A DNA stretch of 64,000 nucleotides, taken from the NCBI RefSeq assembly GCF_001194135.2, contig NC_068983.1, forward strand, positions 161,248,357 through 161,312,356. The letters run 5' to 3'. The position numbers and the translations under genes are program-made. The stretch comes from Octopus bimaculoides (taxonomy: Eukaryota). This document shows positions 51,422-63,990 of this stretch, in pieces. Below the pieces are notes generated by a model. It was not told the DNA's origin. It made no database searches and was given only the letters and a program-made list of their open reading frames with translations. Numbering within the stretch: position 1 is the first letter of the stretch; the number at the start of each line of letters is the position of its first letter.

Positions 51422-52579
51422 TGTATGTATACGCGCACGCACACTGTTTACATATGCGACCGCATAGTTTCCGTGGGTGAAATTCCATGCACATGAATTT
51501 TTTAACACGAAACTATAGTAGACGACACTTGTCCATTGAATTTAAAACGAAGCGATCTCCTCAGTCACACACATATGCCTGCGCATACAAATTCTCATAC
51601 ATTTTTACTCTGTGTATTTACTTGACACTTTCTTGTTCTTTAATTTACTGTATAATAAAATGTGCGTGTTATATATGAACGAATTTTTCGGTCAAAATAC
51701 AGTGTTCGTGTGTGTGAGAGAGAAGTAACTTTAAGAGTGTGTAGTACGTATGTGTAACCTGTCTGTATTTGAAATATATGGATGTATACATGTGAGCATA
51801 ATTCGACTTGACTTTACCAGTTACTGTCATTTCAGTGTTGAGAAATTGTTTTGTGTTCGTCTGTAGCAACAGGGCTCGTATATCTTCAATCGTAAGTTTC
51901 TTTGTTTGCATATGTCTGGGGCACAAATTTATATTCGACAATTTCAAGTATCCCGTCAACCAAGACTAAATTTTCTATTATCTCTTTAGACACTTTGGCG
52001 GCTATTATAAGACACCCCTAATGTTTCAGTGTTTTCTCGAGAGAAATCCGATAGTGACGGGCAAGCATATAAAACTGAAGAAAAGCCAGCTTTCTGTCAG
52101 TCACGGGACGGCTGCTTAGCAGTATATACAGTGTCCAGTTCAGTGGAGTTGTACAACTTACTTGCCCGTCGACTTGTCAACTTCCGACCTATCTTCAATC
52201 CCCTATTCGGCCCGACCAGACGATGCCCACAGAGTATATATGAAAGGTGTTGAAGCGAATAATACGTTCACGCTGGCTTCATTGAACAAACAAGCAAATT
52301 GATAACTTCTCTATCTCGGCAGTTTAATCAATTTTTTCCGAAATTTAGAGCCTCGCGCCAAACTTAAGGTCGATCGGCTGCTACATTAAAAATAGTGGAG
52401 CCAGTCTTCCCATACCAAAGTTTAGCTTTAAGTTTAGCTGTGTTCTATATTTCAGTTGTAATGATTCCAAATAATATGACAATTTGATTAGCAATATTTT
52501 TTTTTTTAATATCCTGACGCAGTAACTCACAAGATTTTATAGCTTTCATAAAAATGAAATTATTATTCGCAGTTCTCTG

Positions 52580-52760
52580 AGGTCGGTGATAGCGAGAACT
52601 GTTAGTGCGTTAGACAAAATGCTGTGCAATAAGTATTTTTACGTTCTGAGTTCGTATTCCACCGAGGTCTACTTTGCTTTTCATTCTTTCGAAGTTGAAA
52701 AAAAAAGAGTACCAGTCAAATTCGAAGATCAGTGTATGGGACAAATCTATCGCCCGTACT
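52580..52760 (+). mobile_element. SINE family B, diverged
   Basis: Head and core recognisable. Confidence 0.7.
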
Positions 52761-53689
52761 TCAGGTTACGAACAGTTATTTACAATTCTTGCACTAAACA
52801 ACTCTAAGAGTATTTTAGTCTCAGCCCTCAGCGGTTAGTGTTCAAATCCCAATATAAAGCACGTTTTGTACTTCGTTTCTCTAGCGAATCAATAATATAT
52901 ATCAACTATAGCTCTCTTCTATAACAAATTGAGTTTGTGATTGTTCTCAAAACAGAAGTAGAAGAATCGATAATGCATCGAATCAAATACTTTGCAGTAT
53001 TTAAGTACATTCCTTTACGTTCTGGTAATCATGTAAGCCAATGCAATGTTTATGGTCGGGCCATTCATAAATAAACTGGTATCCACTAGCCAGTCGCTGT
53101 GACGACTATAGAATCAATAAGTCACGGCCTGTCCTTGCCCACTCTCTGTAGTTATGGGTCACCAAAAGAGTGTTATTTAATAGCTGCAAAAGCTATTACT
53201 GCTTAAATCCTTTACAAGCTGATCTATGATATAACGTATGTCGACTGTATACAAGATCGATATCTCCCACGCAGAATAGTAGCGAAAACTTCACCAGGAC
53301 ACAAGAAATGATGCTTTTATCAACACAATGGAAGATGTTTTACTAATTAAATCTGAAAAAAAATTTCAGCTGCGTTCATTTATGTGGGTGCCAAGGCAAA
53401 AAAAAATGTAACAACTAGACCCGGTCTCCCCTACATACATCGCAGGCCGACACAGGCAATTTAAATACGCTTGATCTCTTTTACACTGCCAAACCTAGTC
53501 CCTACTAAACAATAACTTTCTTTGCACATATCGGTCGTCGCAACTCTCCCTATCCAACGCTCCTTGCTGCTGCCAAATTGGACAGTGTTTCAAGTCTTCC
53601 AGTTTTATACTAATTATCGCTAAAAGTATTAGTGCCAGTTAAGTAGGTAACTGAAACTGTCTTTCTAGGCATGCTCTTCTCGTCTCAAA

Positions 53690-54330
53690 CACGCAAAACT
53701 TTATGTCCTAAGTACAGCAAGTGGTTTGTTCGTGTCTGTGCTGCTGCAGCTAAAGCAACAACAAAAAAATCTTACATCAGAATTTTCTCCACTCTCCAAA
53801 ACGGAGTGGCATTTCTTTTAAGACTTCTATCCAAATCACAAAAGGTATCTTCATGCACCTCACAGCTCTCATGCTATTCTGCCTCCAAAGTAGCAGCCGA
53901 TCCTGCTGATTTCTTGCCAAAAGAATCTCCGTACAACTTTGCAGAATCCTGTTTTCCTATATTTCTCAACAATTCAGGCTACAGGAGCACTAATTCTGCA
54001 GAGAAAGCTACCATTTTCGTTGCCCACTTTACATCCAACTTCCCACTGCGTGTACTTGGCATAACCCCACCGAATCTATCCCATGCTAATCTATTAGGTA
54101 CTCCACTTTGCATCCACATATAACAAGTCCGAAAACTCCACCGATTGCTTCAGACCGAGAACACCTGCTCTGACAATGTCTCTTTCATTACCCTCAAATA
54201 TTGTGCCCCAGAGCTTGCCCCTATACTCACCAAACATTCCAATGTCTTACTTTTTATCGGGGTCCATCTACAACGAGTTTCAGTCATTCCCAAGGAAGGC
54301 AGCCGCTCTGACCTTAACAATGATGGTTTA

Positions 54331-54421
<91 letters not shown>

Positions 54422-54605
54422 CTAAATGACCAGCCAGTACCACTTATAGAACCAGACCCATTGGTAACCTATTCTCCAAAGTTACCATGCTGTGGGCTCC
54501 CGCCATAGAGAAATTTGATGGAAGTAGTATTGTCACCCTCAACATTAGCAAAGCTTTTGACTGTGTTTAGCATACGAATCTCCTATCAAAACTCTCTTCT
54601 TATCC
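53690..54605 (+). mobile_element. CR1/L2-type LINE ORF2 fragment (linker to RT subdomain 3), decayed
   Basis: LKYCAPELAPILTK...VIPKEGSRSD, then IVTLNISKAFDCV*HTNLLSKLSSY (the LDISKAFDRVWH motif). Confidence 0.85.
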
Positions 54606-54692
54606 ATTTATCGTGGGGGGGGGGTACATGTGCGTGTGCACGCGCTCGTGTACACGATATATGTACTTTTAATGATGTCTGTTTTCTTTTAG

Positions 54693-54802
54693 TTGCAGAA
54701 GTGTGTACATTAAATGATCAACAATACCCAATAGGAGCCACTTGGCACCCCGTACTGGCACCCTTTGGAACCATGCCCTGCGCTAACTGTACCTGTTTAC
54801 CG
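54693..54802 (+). CDS. chrdl: Chordin-like exon, first half of VWC/CR1 (VAEVCTLNDQQYPIGATWHPVLAPFGTMPCANCTCLP)
   Basis: WHP-x-L-x-PFG-x3-C-x2-C-x-C chordin-family signature, AG/GT boundaries, phase 1 to 0. Confidence 0.92.
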
Positions 54803-55518
54803 GTAAGTAGATTATTTTTTCTTAACTCGCGCTCTGTCGTTCAGCCAGCAGCCCACATTTAACCTATGTTGAATGCAGAATTCCCAAATTAGAGCTACCA
54901 GTTACAAATAAAGTTGCTGTCGTTTTCAGTTATCCAAAATAGAGGCGAACCTAACAAATATCTTTCACAATGGAACAGTTTGACTCAAAACTTAAGTAAT
55001 TGATACGAGTAATACATTACAGTACAAATCCTAAACCCATTATATTAACTAGCTCCAGTAAACTAGTCCCATGGGCATGGTTGAATAGAGTTTAAAGATA
55101 ATGAAGAAACCAGTGTTTAATTAATTTGAACCAATCGCTGTCGGTAAAAGAACGATGTCTTTCGAAATACAATGAGTCAGACGATTGCATCGCCGGTTAC
55201 AAGTGTCCGTTAGACACTTGAATTCGACGATGATTTTATTTCAAATAACGATATAAAATAAAATTAAATGCATTTACCATTCGCCAACCAATTGCAATAT
55301 TTCATAGTCTCTAAGAGTTGTTAATATTCAGATGAGTTTGATAATCGATCGAACAGTGATGTAGCAAGCAAATAGTGTAAAGTTTTGTCTTGTTAATATC
55401 GTAACGAAATTTACAGCCAATTCTGTGTAATGAAAATTTGATAGTGTGATGCTTATGCATCATCCTTTTCAGCGTCATTTATTATTTATCTTACCTCCAT
55501 ATGTGTTGCACCCAACAG

Positions 55519-55618
55519 AAAGCAATTGTCCATTGCGTCCATTTGACATTGGACTGCCCTCAACCGAAGTGTGTTGCTCCTAAAATATTACCAAACCGTT
55601 GCTGTCCTGAATGTGAAG
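55519..55618 (+). CDS. chrdl: Chordin-like exon, second half of CR1 (KAIVHCVHLTLDCPQPKCVAPKILPNRCCPECE)
   Basis: CCxxC VWC end, CAG acceptor and G|GTAAG donor, phase 0 to 1. Confidence 0.92.
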
Positions 55619-58244
55619 GTAAGTTTTCCGTTATTTCAAATTACCTTCTTCGTAATCATAATTAGTTCAATATCTTGGAGAATTTAGTGATAAGTCGATG
55701 TCCACGAAAAGGTCAACTAATAATTGATCTTACATGATCGACTGATAACTTGTTTTGTAAAAACAAAATAATAGAATTTAGAATATCATCATTTCATAGT
55801 CGTATTTCTTACGGCATGATATACATTCAAGCTTTTTGCAGTCGTTCTTTTGATTTAAGTAAATCGATATATAAAACGTCTGAGGAGTTGTGACTAGATC
55901 AAGCGTTACCGCAAGTGTTTCATTGTGTTTCAAAATAGAACACTTAATTATATTTGTCTTCTCAGAAATATCGGCAATAGAAACCGGATTTTTTGGAGTA
56001 AGAGGAAAAACGCCAATTAACATGGACACCTCTTACTGTATTCGTGTTGATTATGAATAATTACTCATCTTTTCCCTGTATTAAGATAAATTGAGATGTT
56101 TCTTAACTCAGGAATTTGTACGAATATCTAACTTTTATTTCTGATAAATGACAATTTCCATAAAGGTGACTACATATTCTTGCACGATCTTAGTTACTAG
56201 AAGAAAGATTGCCTACATACATGCAAGTTGTAAGCTGATTATTTTCTTTCGAAGGAAACTTCCAAGATTTAAATCCCATCAAGAAACGTATATTTGTTCG
56301 TATACCACTGACTAATTGTTTTAATTAGTGCAATAAGGCGATACTCCGTATTTCATGCATTTCAAGGGCAGAGTTAGCTACCAATGGTGTATGATCTTTT
56401 GATGATTTCACTCATTTGGGATGTCGTTCCGAAAAATTAAGTTTCACCAAAGTCTTATTAACAATAAATTTAAGATTTTGTGCTTAATTTTTTTTAATCA
56501 TGTCAAATGTCATTGCTTTTCTTTAATTGCAATACCAATGAACTTGAAAAGGCATGGGTCACTCAACATCTCTAAATATTATTCCTGTAGTTCATTTCAT
56601 AACCAAGCGCTTGTTTGGCTTTGTGCAGTGTTTTGTTATATGCGTTCCCCCCACCCACCCACCAATTGCATCGAGAGTACTCTATGTAATATGTAAATAG
56701 TAACTAGTTATCCTATTATTTTTAAGTCCGGGGGTTTGAGCTATATATTTCTTTAAATCTCTCATTTTTAAGGCACTTATTTATAGAAAACTACATTATG
56801 AATCAGAATAGTTTCTTTTTTTAATTCACGGGTTGTCTATAATTTTTATATCATGTAATAGTTTCTTTTCGGAATGTTTTGGAATGAGGCTCCGATCAAA
56901 AGCCCTTAGACCTCAGCCTTGCACCCTGGATTTTCCATCTCTAGTAGGAAAATCTAGAACTGTAAGCTGGAAAGTGCAATATCCAAAGCATCTGTAGTAT
57001 TCATTGCTAAACTTTCCTTCCATTTCTGTATGCTGTTCTATGTCAAGTTCGCTAATTCATAAATATTTGTAAGTCTGTCCTTGTTCTCATTCCCATATTA
57101 TCTTCTCTTTAACGTCTTATTGCTGTTGCTAATTTGGTTAATCATTAAGTTTCTCTCTTGTCAAGATGGCTTTGGTGCATTTTTCTGAATAGAATTTCAT
57201 GTCAATTTCCCAAATAAATGTGTAAATCGTATACTCAAGTGAACGTTCAGTATTTTTGGTCACTTTGAGCATACATCTTGAAATCATCCACATGCAGGAG
57301 ATGGTTTGTCATCCCATAGCACTGGTGTTTGCATCCAGTCTAGTTTAACATGCTGGTTAAATATGTTAGCATCAAAGTAGAGGTAGATAGATAGATAGGT
57401 AGGTAGGTAGATAGAGAGAGAGAGAGAGAGAGAAAGGAAAAGCTTTTGAATATTCCTTTTCCAATAGAACAAGCTATATTTGTATTGTCAACAGTGGCGG
57501 CTCATGTATAGGAACTGTTATCGATAACGTTCAATATAATGATTCTTTTTTCTTTAATTCTTTCTTTATACTTGTACATTATATAATCCTTAAGCTTAAT
57601 GTCAGTAGCCATCCCCTAGTTTATGAAAAAAATACGAAAATCCTTGTATAGAACTGAGCGTTTCACAGTTCCAGCGACGCGGGGTTTGGCTGTTGTGCAC
57701 ATGTTTACATGTCCCAGATAGAAAGCTTCACACTAGGGAGAGAAAGCACTGCGTGAACGACAGTGTCAGTTGAAAGGCAGTGTTTCTTTTTTGACTCAGC
57801 GTGTGTTGTGATTGAAAACGTGTTTATATTCTTGAAGGTGATAAAGTGTAAAATTAGATTATTATCCTGCTTCCAGCTTCAGTGTTACTATCAGGATTTG
57901 AAAAATAGGGCACATTTCGCCCCCTTATTTTGTGATTTAGGTGGGGTTGAAAAGCAAGGGGGAATTTGCGGCAGTGTTCAATGAACAAATTAAAAACACT
58001 ACCTGGCAGTGGCTGAAACGCGAACCGATCAAGTTTAAGTATAAATATTCCTTTCATGTTTGCTTCCTTTTACATAGTATTAAAACAATGGCTAAAAATT
58101 TTCTGAAGCAGTACCCTACTAATTTTATCCATGAGCTGCCACTGATTGTCAATCCTCTCTTCTCTGTTATCTACACAACTATTTTGCATTTGTTGAACGT
58201 AAATTTGATACATCTGGGCAATACTCATCGTTAATATTTCCAGA

Positions 58245-58629
58245 ATCTTGAGTTCAAAATACGCTGAGATCGAATTCGCCTTTGATCCATTCTTTCAGGG
58301 TCGATAAAATAAGTACCAGTTGAACACTGGAATTGATGTAATCGACTAGTCCCCACCTTAGAAATTGCTGGCCTTGTGCCAAAATTTGAAACCAATATTT
58401 CTAGAATTTAAGGCTGTGAGCTGGCAGAATCGTTAGCACGCTGGGCAAAAATGCGCAGCAACATTTCGTTCGTCTTTACCTTCTGAATTCAAATGCCGCC
58501 AAGGTCGATTTTGCCTTTCGTCCGTTCAGAGTCGATAAAACAAGCACCAGTTAAGCATTGGGGGTCGATGTAATCGACTTTTCCCCCTCTCCCGAAATTG
58601 CTGGCCCTGTGCCAAAATTTGAAACAAAT
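58245..58629 (+). mobile_element. Tandem family B SINEs (5'-truncated 58245-58399; full 58408-58629)
   Basis: Shared core and tail. Confidence 0.85.
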
Positions 58630-58855
58630 ATTTTGGTTACAATTTTGTTATTTCTTTACCAGACTATACTCTCGTTCCTAGTCATTCATATTTTGTCTAT
58701 ATTCATCACCTAAAATATTCGATTTCTTTCACTATTGACTCTGTATAGATTTCTATATAGCATAATCTTGTTAAAATTTGTAAGGGTTGAAGACAAGCTT
58801 TGTATAAAGAAAAGTTACTGCTCTTCGTAATGACTTTACTTTCATTATTAGTTTC

Positions 58856-58909
<54 letters not shown>

Positions 58910-59438
58910 TTGTAATTTACAGGCCATCTCTTTGTTTTTCCGCTCTCTCATTTAAGACAATTCCTACTCTAACATGCGTCTGTTGACTTTGGCATATAGT
59001 TGGGAGAGGATACGTGCCTTTGAGAGAGAACTCGGGGGTCTATCGGGTTCCTTGATTGGCTTATGGTGGCTGTCTTCCTATTAGGACGCCTTATTTTGTT
59101 CCTTCTGTAAATTGTTTCTCATGTCAGTTTTCCACATTTGTTTTTTTCTTTACTGTAATTTTCCCGCACCCCTGTGGAAAAAAAGTAATTATCATTACCA
59201 TTATTATTATTATCATTATCATTATTATTATTATCATCATCATCATCATCATCATTCCGAGTATCATTCTTCAAATTTTACAGTTCAGCTCTTGGAAAAT
59301 CTTTTTGTCTATAAATATAATTACACACATACAGATACTCATACGTGCACAGGTGTACATACATGACGAGAACGCATTTTAAACAGCCTATCAATTGTTG
59401 TGAATCTTACAAAAATTACTTCACTGTGCTGCTTAAGT

Positions 59439-59758
59439 GTGGAGGCGCAATGACCCAGTGGTTAGGGCAGCGGACTCGCGGTCATAGGATCGCGGTTTCG
59501 ATTCCCAGACCAGGCGTTGTGAGTGTTTATTGAGCGAAAACCCCTAAAGCTCCACGAGGCTCCGGCAGGGGATGGTGATGAACCCTGCTGTACTCTTCCA
59601 CCACAACTTTCTCTCACTCGAAGACGATCAGATACCGTCGTAGTTCCAACCGTAAACGATGCCGACTGGCGCTCCGTCGGCGTTCGCTTCGATGACCCGG
59701 CGGGGAGCCTGCGCGGGAAAACCATAGTCGGTTCCTGGGGGAGTATGGTTGCAAAACA

Positions 59759-59804
<46 letters not shown>

Positions 59805-59911
59805 GCGGCTTAATTTGACTCAACACGGGAAAACTCACCCGGTCCGGACACCGGTAGGATTGACAGATCGATAGCTCTTTCTCGACGTCGTAAGTGACGG
59901 AGTGCCTACTA
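59439..59911 (+). mobile_element. SINE family A with its middle replaced by 18S rRNA
   Basis: SINE head 59439-59619, SINE 3' end 59881-59911, and a 10-bp TSD CTGCTTAAGT at 59429-59438 and 59912-59921. Confidence 0.92.
59618..59885 (+). pseudogene. 18S rRNA fragment (268 bp, central domain/head region)
   Basis: Universal motifs GATCAGATACCGTCGTAG, AAACTTAAAGGAATTGACGGAAGGGCACCACCAGGAGTGGAGCCTGCGGCTTAATTTGACTCAACACGGG and GATAGCTCTTTCTCGA. Confidence 0.96.
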
Positions 59912-60686
59912 CTGCTTAAGTAGTGCGGAGAAAAAAACGGCCAACACGTTTCGTGTGTGTTTTATTTATTCTCAAAGACATCTTGCGAAAAATATACACG
60001 AAACAAGGAAGATGTGAAAATAGAAATAGAAACAGTAAGAAGCATGGCTTTCAACATCAATTATTAGCTGAAGAGAATATTCAGCATAGCATGTTTTAAT
60101 ATCAGTTTATATTTAAGCTTACTGTGACGGAGTATAACGAAGCTAATGTTTTCGTAACAAGTCGAACTAATGACGACTGATCTTTTATGTGCTAGAAACT
60201 GTAACAAATCTCCCTCTGTATCGCTAATATTGAAAAAAATAAAAGGTGGGGAGTGACATTGGAGTGACATGAAACGCCATTGATCATAAGTCTGCTATAT
60301 TAAGGGTTGCCTATGACTTAGCAAAAATAAGTATTGAACATGTGTAAAGGTCAGTCGACTTATACGCCAAATATATATCTGACATGTATAATTCGTTTCC
60401 CTGTCTAACACTCCAGTCTGGGCGTTCTGTGCCTTTAACAGTTCCACTCTGTGGCCAGATTTTGAACCAGGTTTCTGGTCAGGGAAATAATTCGCTTTTT
60501 TGGTTCACCAGTCTCAGGGATCCAGCATAAACGTTAAGAGCACTGCCCTTCCTCTTTTGTACAGTTAAAAATAGTTAACTTTAATTTTAAAACATGTCAG
60601 TAGACTATTAAAAATGCGTAATAGTCTCGTTTGTAACATTGAGTGTCTCAAACAAGAGCCAAGTATGACTTGGCTCTTGTTTGAGA

Positions 60687-60727
<41 letters not shown>

Positions 60728-60765
60728 ACTCACACACACACACACACACTCACACACACACACAC

Positions 60766-60799
<34 letters not shown>

Positions 60800-60903
60800 T
60801 CACACATACATACACTCACACACACACTCTCTCTCTCTCAGTCTCTCTCTTTCTCACTCTCACTCACACACACTTTCTCTCACTTTTTCACACACACACA
60901 CGT

Positions 60904-60936
<33 letters not shown>

Positions 60937-61169
60937 TTCTATCTTTCCATCATAGGTGTACACACACATAGGTGTACTCACACACACACGCAAACCCAGT
61001 CACACAAATACGAGCATGCACACACACACACAATTCCATACTCTTTTCTCCCTGTCATTATTAATATTTTCCCCCAAAAATGTGTTGCTTGTTTGCTTTG
61101 CATGTGCCCTGTTCGGGTGAAATCTCTGTCTACTCGTGTGGTGACACAGGCGCACTATTATTTACGTAG

Positions 61170-61339
61170 ATTTTGACAACATTCCTCCTACAGTGCGGTC
61201 GGAGGGGGAGACGGAATCAAACAAGAAGATAGGATGTACGTTTTCTGGCCGAAACTATGAACATGGTGATATCTTTGCTTCCAACAAGACTGCACTGAAA
61301 CCAACCAGAGAGAATCAATGTGTGATGTGCATCTGTTCA
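61170..61339 (+). CDS. chrdl: Chordin-like exon, linker plus first half of CR2 (DFDNIPPTVRSEGETESNKKIGCTFSGRNYEHGDIFASNKTALKPTRENQCVMCICS)
   Basis: The C-x-F-x-G-x2-Y-x-HG-[DE]-x-F...NQC-x2-C-x-C pattern matches CHRDL1/2 CR2. Phase 1 to 0, donor GTAAG. Confidence 0.9.
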
Positions 61340-61471
61340 GTAAGTAACTAATTAGACTTTTTTATAATCACTTTCTCCCACCCTGATCTGTGTATGTGTA
61401 AAAGTTCTTAAGTTTAAAACCATATAATGCATAAATCCCCTTCTCTCTCTTTCTCTCTCTCTTTCTCACTC

Positions 61472-61552
<81 letters not shown>

Positions 61553-62279
61553 CTCTCTGAGTATGTGAGAATGCAGGTGCTAAATTGTAAATTTATTTGC
61601 TTTAAACTGTCAATTATTCCATGCACTCAGCGCAAATTTCCATACGTGGATCCAGACCTCTCAGAAAGCCATACAATGATTTTAATTCTGCCCAAAGAGC
61701 CTTAAGACCTTAGCATTTGTTTCGTTTGAAGAAAAATTTTACGAGTCGAGAGAAAATCTTGGCATAAAAGGAATCAGACTTAGTGTATAAGAGAATTGAC
61801 TCTGTTGGTAGGGAAATGGGTAAAAACTGAGAAAGAAGAAAGACCAAGAAAGGGAGAGGCAGAAATGGTAAAAGCTGATCTCAAGATATTGAAGTTCACA
61901 AAGGAAATGGCACACACACGAAAAAAAAAAAGAAATAGAAGAAACAAATGAAGAGGCATTATCTAATTGATGAAAGCATTTGATAGCAGACGTGAAATGA
62001 TGATGATGGGAGGAAGAGGAGAAGGAAGAGGATGACGACGACGATGTACACGTTATAAGAGTGATGAATTTTGAAGGTTGGATTGGTTTATCCGCATTTC
62101 TGTCATAGTTCATGCGGATTTCAAGAGAACAATTACTCAACACACTGAGTCGACAGTGCAGCTACTTCTGTTTATTATGCTAACCGTAGTGCACCATTGT
62201 CAAATAGAACTATTTGAAAGTGAATTGTGCCACTTGTAGATATAGTACCGTACACATAATAGGATTTGGGGTTGGAAGA

Positions 62280-62678
62280 TTTGTTTGTATTGTTGTTGTT
62301 GGCACTCCGTCGCTCACGACGTCGAGGGTTCCAGTTGATCCGATCAACGGAACAGCCTGCTCGTGAAATTAACGTGCAAGTGGCTGAGCACTCCACAGAC
62401 ACGTGTACCCTTAACGTAGTTCTCGGGAATATTCAGCGTGACACAGTGTGACAAGGCTGACCCTTTGAATTACAGTTACAACAGAAACAAGAAGAAAGAG
62501 TGAGAGAAAGTTGTGGTGAAAGAGTACAGCAGGGTTCGCCACCATCCCCTGCCGGAGCATCGTGGAGCTTTAGGTGTTTTCGCTCAATAAACACTCACAA
62601 CGCTCGGTATGAGAATCGAAACCGCGATCCTATGACCGCGAGTCCGCTGCCCTAACCACTGGGCCATTGCGCTTCTAC
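62280..62678 (-). mobile_element. SINE family A, full length
   Basis: Flanked by a 45-bp direct repeat (62235-62279, 62679-62723; 2 mismatches). Confidence 0.92.
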
Positions 62679-62778
62679 TGTAGATATTGTACCGTACACA
62701 TAATAGGATTTGGGGTTAGAAGAATATAACTGATTAAATTCTCATCACCACCACTATTACCTCCCTATATTTGTCTAC

Positions 62779-63567
62779 TAGCACGCCGGGTGAAACGCTT
62801 AGTGGTATTTCGTCTGCCACTATGTTCTGAGTTCAAATTCCGCCGAGGTCGACTTTGCCTTTCATCCTTTCGGGGTCAAAGTAATAAGTATCAGTTACGC
62901 ACTAGGGTCGATGTAATCGACTAGCCCCCTTCCCCCAAAAAATTTTCAAGGCCTTGTGCCTAGTATAGAAATAATTATTTTTCCTGCCAAAAGAATACAA
63001 GGCAAAGTTGACTTCTATTAGATTTGAACCCCTCTCATTACTCTCCTATTAACAACATCACCAAAATAATAATAATGGTTTCAAATTTTGGCACAAGTCC
63101 AAGAATTTCGGGGTAGGAGGTAAGTCGATTATATCGACCCCAGTACTCAACTGGTACCTATCTTATCGACCCTGAAAGGATGAAAGGCAAAGCTGACCTC
63201 AGCAAAATTTGAACTAAGAACGATAAGAGACATAAAATGCCACTTAACATTTTGCCCAACTGGTTAATGATCCTGCCAGCTCACTGCAAGAAGAAGAAGA
63301 AGAAGAAGAAGAAGGAAGAGGAGGAGGAGGAGGAGGAGGAGAAGAAGAAGGAGGAGAAGGAGAAGAAGAAGAAGGAGAAGGAGAAGAAGAAGAAGGAGAA
63401 GAAGAAGAAGGAGAAGAAGAAGAAGGAGAAGAAGAAGAAGGAGAAGAATAATAATAATAATAATAANNNNNNNNNNTAATAATAATAATAATAATATTAA
63501 TAATATTAATAATATTAATAATAATAATAATATTAATAATAATAATAATATTAATAATATTAATAAT

Positions 63568-63600
<33 letters not shown>

Positions 63601-63990
63601 CCTTTCTACTAAAGGTAACAGGCCTGAAATTTGTGAGGAGGGGACTATTCAATTACATCGACCTTGGTGGGATTTTAACTCAGAATGTAGCAGCAGACAA
63701 AATATTGCTAAGCATTATACCTGGCATACTAACGATTCTGCCTGCTCACCACCTTAGGTAATAATAATAATAATCCTTTCTACTATAGGCACAAGGCCTG
63801 GATTTTGTGGGGATGGGGACAGTTGATCACATTGACCACAGTACTCAACTGCTACTTAATTTATCGACCCCCAAAAGGATGAAAGGTAAACTCAACCCCA
63901 GCAGAATTTGAACTCAGAACGTAGCACCAGGCTAAATACCGCTAAGCATTTTGCCCGGCATGCTAATGATTCTGCCAGCTCACCACTTTT
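62779..63990. mobile_element. Cluster of four family B SINEs (62779-62970 plus; 63070-63287, 63601-63757 and 63775-63990 minus)
   Basis: Shared core, separated by microsatellites. Confidence 0.82.
63288..63600. repeat. (GAA/GAG)n followed by (AAT)n microsatellite
   Basis: Direct reading. Confidence 0.95.

Noticed and set aside
52029-52440. GC-richer patch with a 74-aa ORF
   Set aside because: No recognisable motif on either strand.
54515-54862. 115-aa ORF as a single gene
   Set aside because: It is a read-through of LINE remnant and intron into the real exon 54693-54802.
59618-59885. Functional rDNA or contaminant contig
   Set aside because: It is only 268 bp, embedded in a SINE with an intact TSD and host intron on both sides.
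63237-63479. Highly charged K/E protein
   Set aside because: It is a translation of GAA/GAG/AAT microsatellites.
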